A stretch of 64,000 nucleotides of DNA from Reclinomonas americana ATCC 50394. Lineage: Eukaryota. Location of the stretch: positions 992,001-1,056,000 of the forward strand of contig PS015010.1 of assembly GCA_048213135.1 (NCBI GenBank), written 5' to 3'. How positions within the stretch are numbered: position 1 is the stretch's first letter; every line of letters starts with the position of its first letter. A model generated the notes under the pieces. It was not told the origin of the DNA. It made no database searches and worked only from the letters and a program-made list of their open reading frames with translations. The translations under genes were made by a program, and so were the position numbers. Shown here piece by piece: positions 59,701-64,000 of the stretch.

Positions 59701-59982
59701 CAGCGCTACTATGCACACTCCTGGGCGATCGAAGACGGTTCTTATCTCAGGATCAACAACGTAACCCTGGGTTATACCGTTCCGCAAAAATTACTGTCCC
59801 GGATCAAAATTTCCAGCTTCAGGGTATACGGCACAGTGAACAACCTGGCCACGCTGACCAGCTACAGCGGTTATGATCCCGATGTGACCACCAGGAGGTC
59901 GGACCCGCTGACACCCGGTGTTGATTTCGCCGGTTATCCCAGGGCAAGGACATTCGTATTTGGTGTAAATGTTACTTTCTAA
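56788..59982 (+). CDS. SusC/RagA TonB-dependent transporter
   Basis: VVVVGY, DLTGSISS, PLYIVDG, DIASIDVLKDAS..AIYGARGANGVVIITTK, LRWE, C-terminal GVNVTF. Confidence 0.95.
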   Translation: MNKLLVFLAFIFFIPLTIFAQNRVIKGKVTDEAGAPLSGVTVLTKGAKKGVQTDRNGDFSITVSGNSTDLVISSVGFTSKIVTITGTDAGVVQLQRSVVTQDDVVVVGYATAKRKDLTGSISSVSAKQIKDIPLTSAAEALQGKLAGVQVVASDGAPGAELVIRVRGGGSITQDNSPLYIVDGVQVDNALSVIAPQDIASIDVLKDASTTAIYGARGANGVVIITTKGGRAGKTIVSYNGSFGWRELPETQKVLSAYDFVRWQYERTRGSSADSTSFAQTYGTTWDTLSNYKNIPTINWQEEVFGRRAKYQNHNVAVSGGNQTTTFNLSLSASKEDGLLLESGYDRKLANFKFDHRINEKARMGFTIRYLDQAVRGAGTTNSGTRTTNRLRHSIQYRPFEIKNAPPADEFDEAYYQASNQIQNPVILTQAEYKRQEQRGVYLTGYASYNILKNLTFRTTVGYDNTAIRQEQFWSKITPTARNASSLPIAAIGEQRNATISNSNTLQYSVNNFKKHHTFSVLIGQEIVQRDAKSTYTETRYFPADITPEKALANMGLGSAPSGATQPRPSSSVNPPYRLFSLFGRISYAYDDKFLVTLNDRNDRSSKFKYENGALNFISGSAAWRFSKHKFMDATRNWLSDGKIRFGYGAVGNDRIGDLLYQQLYGVTGEYALNHNILPGFAPSALANEDLRWERNVTMNGGLDLSFLKGRINLSVDVYKNTAKNLLLSVSIPPTTGYATQLNNVGATSNRGVEIQVGADVVQKKNFTWTSNFNIGFNRNRVDNLGGLTQITKSAGWQGSDGADDYLVRVGDPVGQMYGFVTDGYYSIDEFDYNATTKTYTLKAGVVSNVSLYGAPQPGSIKFKDLNGDGFVTVDGDRQVIGNANPKFSGGWNNQFTYKGFDASIFVNFVYGNDVYNANKIEWTDGAFPNLNMLNIMKDRFTYINDQGVRVTDPTELAALNANAKIWTPIRAQRYYAHSWAIEDGSYLRINNVTLGYTVPQKLLSRIKISSFRVYGTVNNLATLTSYSGYDPDVTTRRSDPLTPGVDFAGYPRARTFVFGVNVTF

Positions 59983-60001
59983 TTCTTTAAATGCTTCATA
60001 T

Positions 60002-61822
60002 ATGAAAAATAAATTTGTTCATACCGCGATAAAATTATCCCTCTTCGCTGCTACGACTATGGCAGGCTGGAGTTGCAAAAAATTCATTGAGGTAGAACCG
60101 GTATCTCAATACAGCATTCCGCAGGTATTCTCGGATGTGACCAATGCCACCACAGCGGTTGTCGGTGTATACGATGAACTGATGGGCGATAATGGTTATG
60201 GCATCCGCGTAAGCCTGTACTATCCTTACGACAGCGATGAAATGATCGTTACCGGCAACATCGACGGTGGCCGCCGCGATATCGGCCGTTACCGTTTGCA
60301 ACTGTCCAACAGCGAATTGACCAACCCTTTCAACGCCCTGTACCGCGGTGTTGAAAAAGCCAACCTCTGTATTGAACAGATACCGCAAATGGCATTGTAC
60401 AATTCCGGTTCGGCCACAGAACAAAAAGAACTCAGGCGCCTGTATGGTGAAGTGCTTACCTTAAGGGCTCAGTTCTATTTCGAACTGATCAGGAACTGGG
60501 GCGATGTACCTGCGCCGATGATACCGGCTTATAAGCAAACCGATCTTTTCATTCCCCGCAGCGACCGTGACTCTACGTACGATAAACTGCTTAACGACCT
60601 GCTGGCCGCTGAAGACCTGGTGCCCTGGAGAACAGAAGTACCCAGGAATGAAAGGGTGACCAAAGGTGCCGTAAAAGCCCTCAGGGCCAAGATGGCGCTG
60701 TTCCGCGGCGGTTACTCACTGCGTGGCAGGAAAGGAGCGCCCGGTGTGATGGAAAGAAGGGCAGACTATCTTAAATACTACCAGATCGCGAAACAGGAAT
60801 GTGCCGACCTGATGGCCAACCGTACACAGCATACACTCAATACCAACTACGAGTCCATCTGGAAAACCTACCTCGCTTCCATGACGTATGATCCTTCTTA
60901 CGAGATACTTTTTGAAGCCGGTGCCGGTGGTGCCAACAGTAACTCCGACAGCCGTATGGGGCAATACAGCGGACCTTCGGTGAATGCTTCTTCCCGCTAT
61001 GGATCAGGTGGCGGTGGTGTACAGGCCCTGCCCAATCTTTTCTATGCTTTCGACTCTGCCGACAAACGCAGGGACGTAGCCATCACTTACTACCAGGTAA
61101 ATGCCAATAACAATAAAGGAGCCCGCCGCCTTGGCGAACTCACCGACGGTAAATACAGGAGGGACTGGCGCAATCCTATTCAGCCTGCAGGTTTGAACCT
61201 CGGTTTTAACTGGGGTTTCATCAGGTTCGCCGATGTACTGCTCATGTTCGCAGAAGCGGATAACGAGATCAGCAATGGACCAACAGCCGCCGCTAAAGCC
61301 GCTTATGAAGAAGTACGCCTGCGTGCTTTCGGAGGTAACTCAGCGCTGATCGGTGTTACACCATCTGATAAAACCGGTTTCTTCAATGCTATTGTTGATG
61401 AACGCCTGCGTGAATTTGCCGGTGAAGGTGTCCGCAAATTCGACCTCATTCGCTGGAACCTGCTGGGTACTAAAATCGCGGAAGCCAGGACCAAGATCCA
61501 GGCCATTCAAACCAATACCGGTTATCCCGATACCGTTTGGGTAAAAAATAATGGTGAAGAACTGCAGTACTATGCCGGTACCAATACCGCTACTACCGCG
61601 TTGCCTTTCTGGAGGCCGACCAACAGGCCCAACCCAACAACAGGCTGGACTGCTGTATTGTGGAGGCGCCACCTCACCAATACCACCAACGCAATCGATA
61701 ACCTGCCGTTGTACCAGGGCTTCGCCAGCTTCTTTACACCGGGTAAAAGCGAATTGTTCCCTTTCTCGCAGGCCACGCTTGACGCGTACCAGGGAAAACT
61801 GGAACAGAACCCGGGATATTAA
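60002..61822 (+). CDS. SusD/RagB lipoprotein
   Basis: GWSC lipobox; LRAQFYFELIRNWGDVP, RFADVLLMFAEA, ERLREFAGEG.R.FDLIRW, QNPGY. Confidence 0.95.
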   Translation: MKNKFVHTAIKLSLFAATTMAGWSCKKFIEVEPVSQYSIPQVFSDVTNATTAVVGVYDELMGDNGYGIRVSLYYPYDSDEMIVTGNIDGGRRDIGRYRLQLSNSELTNPFNALYRGVEKANLCIEQIPQMALYNSGSATEQKELRRLYGEVLTLRAQFYFELIRNWGDVPAPMIPAYKQTDLFIPRSDRDSTYDKLLNDLLAAEDLVPWRTEVPRNERVTKGAVKALRAKMALFRGGYSLRGRKGAPGVMERRADYLKYYQIAKQECADLMANRTQHTLNTNYESIWKTYLASMTYDPSYEILFEAGAGGANSNSDSRMGQYSGPSVNASSRYGSGGGGVQALPNLFYAFDSADKRRDVAITYYQVNANNNKGARRLGELTDGKYRRDWRNPIQPAGLNLGFNWGFIRFADVLLMFAEADNEISNGPTAAAKAAYEEVRLRAFGGNSALIGVTPSDKTGFFNAIVDERLREFAGEGVRKFDLIRWNLLGTKIAEARTKIQAIQTNTGYPDTVWVKNNGEELQYYAGTNTATTALPFWRPTNRPNPTTGWTAVLWRRHLTNTTNAIDNLPLYQGFASFFTPGKSELFPFSQATLDAYQGKLEQNPGY

Positions 61823-61996
61823 TGAGACAATTTGAAAATGAGATAATTTGAAAATTCTGCATCCTTCGGGACAAACAATGAAAATTGCGAACAAAATTCG
61901 TAATTAGTAATTCGTAATTATTTTGAGCGTTAAGTTTTCTCATAAATGCAACATCGGGCTGCTTCACCAGGCAGCCCATGTTTTAAACTACAGGAC

Positions 61997-62755
61997 ATGA
62001 AACCCTGGCTGATACTCTGGACCGGTCTGCTGTTGTTGTCGTTTTCCCTGCCGGGGAAGAAGAAGATCAAAGTGTATATGATCGGGGATTCTACCATGTG
62101 TGTTTATGAAGCCCGCCGGGCACCGCTTACAGGATGGGGTATGCCCTTCGCTAATTTTTTCGACTCCACCGTAACCATCGACAACCGGGCAAGAGGCGGC
62201 AGAAGTACACGTACCTTTATCAGCGAGAACCGCTGGCAGCCTGTAGCCGACAACCTGGAAGAAGGCGATTATGTACTGATCCAGTTCGGTCACAATGACG
62301 AAGCCAAAGAAGAAAAGTACAAAGACCGTTACACACCGGTGCCGGATTACAAAACCAACCTTACCCGTTTCATTACCGAAACCCGTACCCGCAAGGCCAT
62401 ACCCGTGCTCATAACGCCGGTTACGCGTATGCGTTTTGATAAAGAAGGAAAGGCGCAGGAAACACATATGGAATATTCTGCCGCGGTACATGAAGTGGCT
62501 GCAACGCTCAGCGTACCGGTCATTGACCTGGATGCCCGCAGCAGGGAATTGTTGCAGCAATGGGGACCTGATAAATCGAAACTGCTGTTCATGCAACTGG
62601 AGCCCGGCGAAAACCCGGTGTATCCTGACGGGCAGAAAGACAATACCCATTTCAACGAATTCGGTGCCAGGATCATGGCGCAACTGGTGCTTAAAGAAAT
62701 ACAGCAACTCAAACTGGAACTAACGGAAAGAATTATTATACCAACCCGTAAATGA
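61997..62755 (+). CDS. Rhamnogalacturonan/pectin acetylesterase (SGNH, CE12-like)
   Basis: IGDST, ARGGRSTRTF, IQFGHND, DNTHF. Confidence 0.9.
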   Translation: MKPWLILWTGLLLLSFSLPGKKKIKVYMIGDSTMCVYEARRAPLTGWGMPFANFFDSTVTIDNRARGGRSTRTFISENRWQPVADNLEEGDYVLIQFGHNDEAKEEKYKDRYTPVPDYKTNLTRFITETRTRKAIPVLITPVTRMRFDKEGKAQETHMEYSAAVHEVAATLSVPVIDLDARSRELLQQWGPDKSKLLFMQLEPGENPVYPDGQKDNTHFNEFGARIMAQLVLKEIQQLKLELTERIIIPTRK

Positions 62756-62762
62756 TGATGCG

Positions 62763-63734
62763 ATGAACAGGATCATAGTGATCATACTCCTATTCCTGTC
62801 CTGCACAACACAGGCGCAGCCTGTGGTATACCCATCCCGGTTTACCGTAGCCAAAGACGGCACCGGCGATTTCACCAGCATACAGGCCGCCATCTGGGCC
62901 GTAAGAGACCTGTCACAACAACGTGTGACCATCTTTATAAAAAAAGGTATTTATGAAGAGAAAGTGGTCATCCCTTCCTGGAAAACAAATATCACTTTAC
63001 AGGGCGAGGACCCCGCAACCACTATTATATCTTACAACGATTTTGCCGGCAAACGCATGAACGGGCAGGATCATTTTTTGAAGACAGACACCATCAGGAC
63101 CTATACCTCGTATACCTTGCTGGTAGAAGGTAACGACTGCAGTATTGAGAACCTCACCATCCGCAATACCGCCGGCAGGGTAGGACAGGCGGTAGCCCTG
63201 CATGTGGAAGGCGACCGCTTTACCGCTAAGAACTGTTACCTGCTGGGCAACCAGGATACCCTGTACGCCGCTACGGAAAACAGCCGCCAGTATTATACAG
63301 GCTGTTATATTGAAGGGACTACCGATTTTATTTTCGGCGAAGCCATTGCGCTGTTCCGCAACTGCACCATTAAAAGCCTCGTCAATTCCTATATTACCGC
63401 CGCTTCAACCCGGCCCGGGCATGATTTTGGTTTTGTGTTCATGAACTGTGATCTTATTGCCGACAGCGCCGCAACAAAAGTATACCTGGGCAGACCCTGG
63501 CGGCCTTATGCCAAAACCGTTTTCATCGATACCCGTATGGGAGCGCATATCCTGAAACAGGGATGGGACAACTGGCGTAACCCTGCCAATGAATCTACCG
63601 TACTGTATGCGGAATACAACAGCAGTGGCGCCGGCGCATCTAAGGAAAGGGCAGCATGGAGTAAACAGCTGACAAGGAAAGAAGCACGCAAGTATACCGT
63701 CGCCCGTATTTTCAATAACTGGACACCTGAATAA
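62763..63734 (+). CDS. Pectin methylesterase (CE8)
   Basis: GDFTSIQAAI, GIYEEKV, QAVAL, GNQDTLY, DFIFG, LGRPW. Confidence 0.93.
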   Translation: MNRIIVIILLFLSCTTQAQPVVYPSRFTVAKDGTGDFTSIQAAIWAVRDLSQQRVTIFIKKGIYEEKVVIPSWKTNITLQGEDPATTIISYNDFAGKRMNGQDHFLKTDTIRTYTSYTLLVEGNDCSIENLTIRNTAGRVGQAVALHVEGDRFTAKNCYLLGNQDTLYAATENSRQYYTGCYIEGTTDFIFGEAIALFRNCTIKSLVNSYITAASTRPGHDFGFVFMNCDLIADSAATKVYLGRPWRPYAKTVFIDTRMGAHILKQGWDNWRNPANESTVLYAEYNSSGAGASKERAAWSKQLTRKEARKYTVARIFNNWTPE

Positions 63735-63750
63735 TGCCGATGAAAAAGTC

Positions 63751-64000
63751 ATGATAAAAAAACTAACCTATAGTATGATGTTCTTCCTGCTGCTTAAGTT
63801 TTCCGCGGCAGCGCAGGAGTTTATACCCCTCTGGCCACAGGGAAAGAAACCCAACTTCAATGGCCGGGCTGTTACGGATACGGTTTATAATGAAAGAATT
63901 TGGCGGGTAGGCACGCCCGGCGTATATGCGTTCCCGGTACCAAAGTCTGAAAATAAAGGAACGGCTGTACTTATTTGTCCGGGTGGCGGATATGAACGTC
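63751..64000 (+). CDS. Secreted alpha/beta hydrolase/esterase (partial, runs off window end)
   Basis: Manual translation MIKKLTYSMMFFLLLKFSAAAQEFIPLWP...GTAVLICPGGGYER. Confidence 0.8.
   Translation, partial: MIKKLTYSMMFFLLLKFSAAAQEFIPLWPQGKKPNFNGRAVTDTVYNERIWRVGTPGVYAFPVPKSENKGTAVLICPGGGYER

Overview
Chromosomal window from a Bacteroidota bacterium, most likely Chitinophagaceae (TAnnTTTG promoters, SusC/SusD pair, futalosine-pathway mqnE). Bases 1-28.9 kb are mostly core genes: parE-DUF1835-parC, mqnE, nucleoside permease, trxA, dnaE, NlpC/P60, flippase, M1 peptidase, ABC solute-binding protein, msrA, MutS2 and tRNA-Ser(UGA). Behind the tRNA is a visibly AT-rich island (~28.9-35.8 kb) with a decayed tyrosine-integrase fragment and a seven-gene envelope cluster of unknown function headed by a membrane AraC. 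Bases 36-55 kb hold accessory operons: TetR-thiolase-thioesterase-racemase-permease-PanE-like, DUF2975-HTH-ABC-M1 fusion, CMD, Crp-YiaA and VOC-DGPF-ECF42-like sigma. From 55.4 kb a LacI-regulated pectin PUL begins (SusC, SusD, CE12, CE8, esterase). The best leads read from the DNA are: DnaA-box-like motifs at near-identical spacing upstream of the parE, trxA and dnaE promoters; a shared ECF42-type promoter motif at two loci; two genes split from their N-termini at 7-nt homopolymers; intergenic 7-mer and 8-mer micro-repeat arrays; a tandem pair of Cys-rich exported paralogues; and an orphan protein with a Gly/Ala hydrophobic core. All family calls come from motif recognition by eye; no searches were run.
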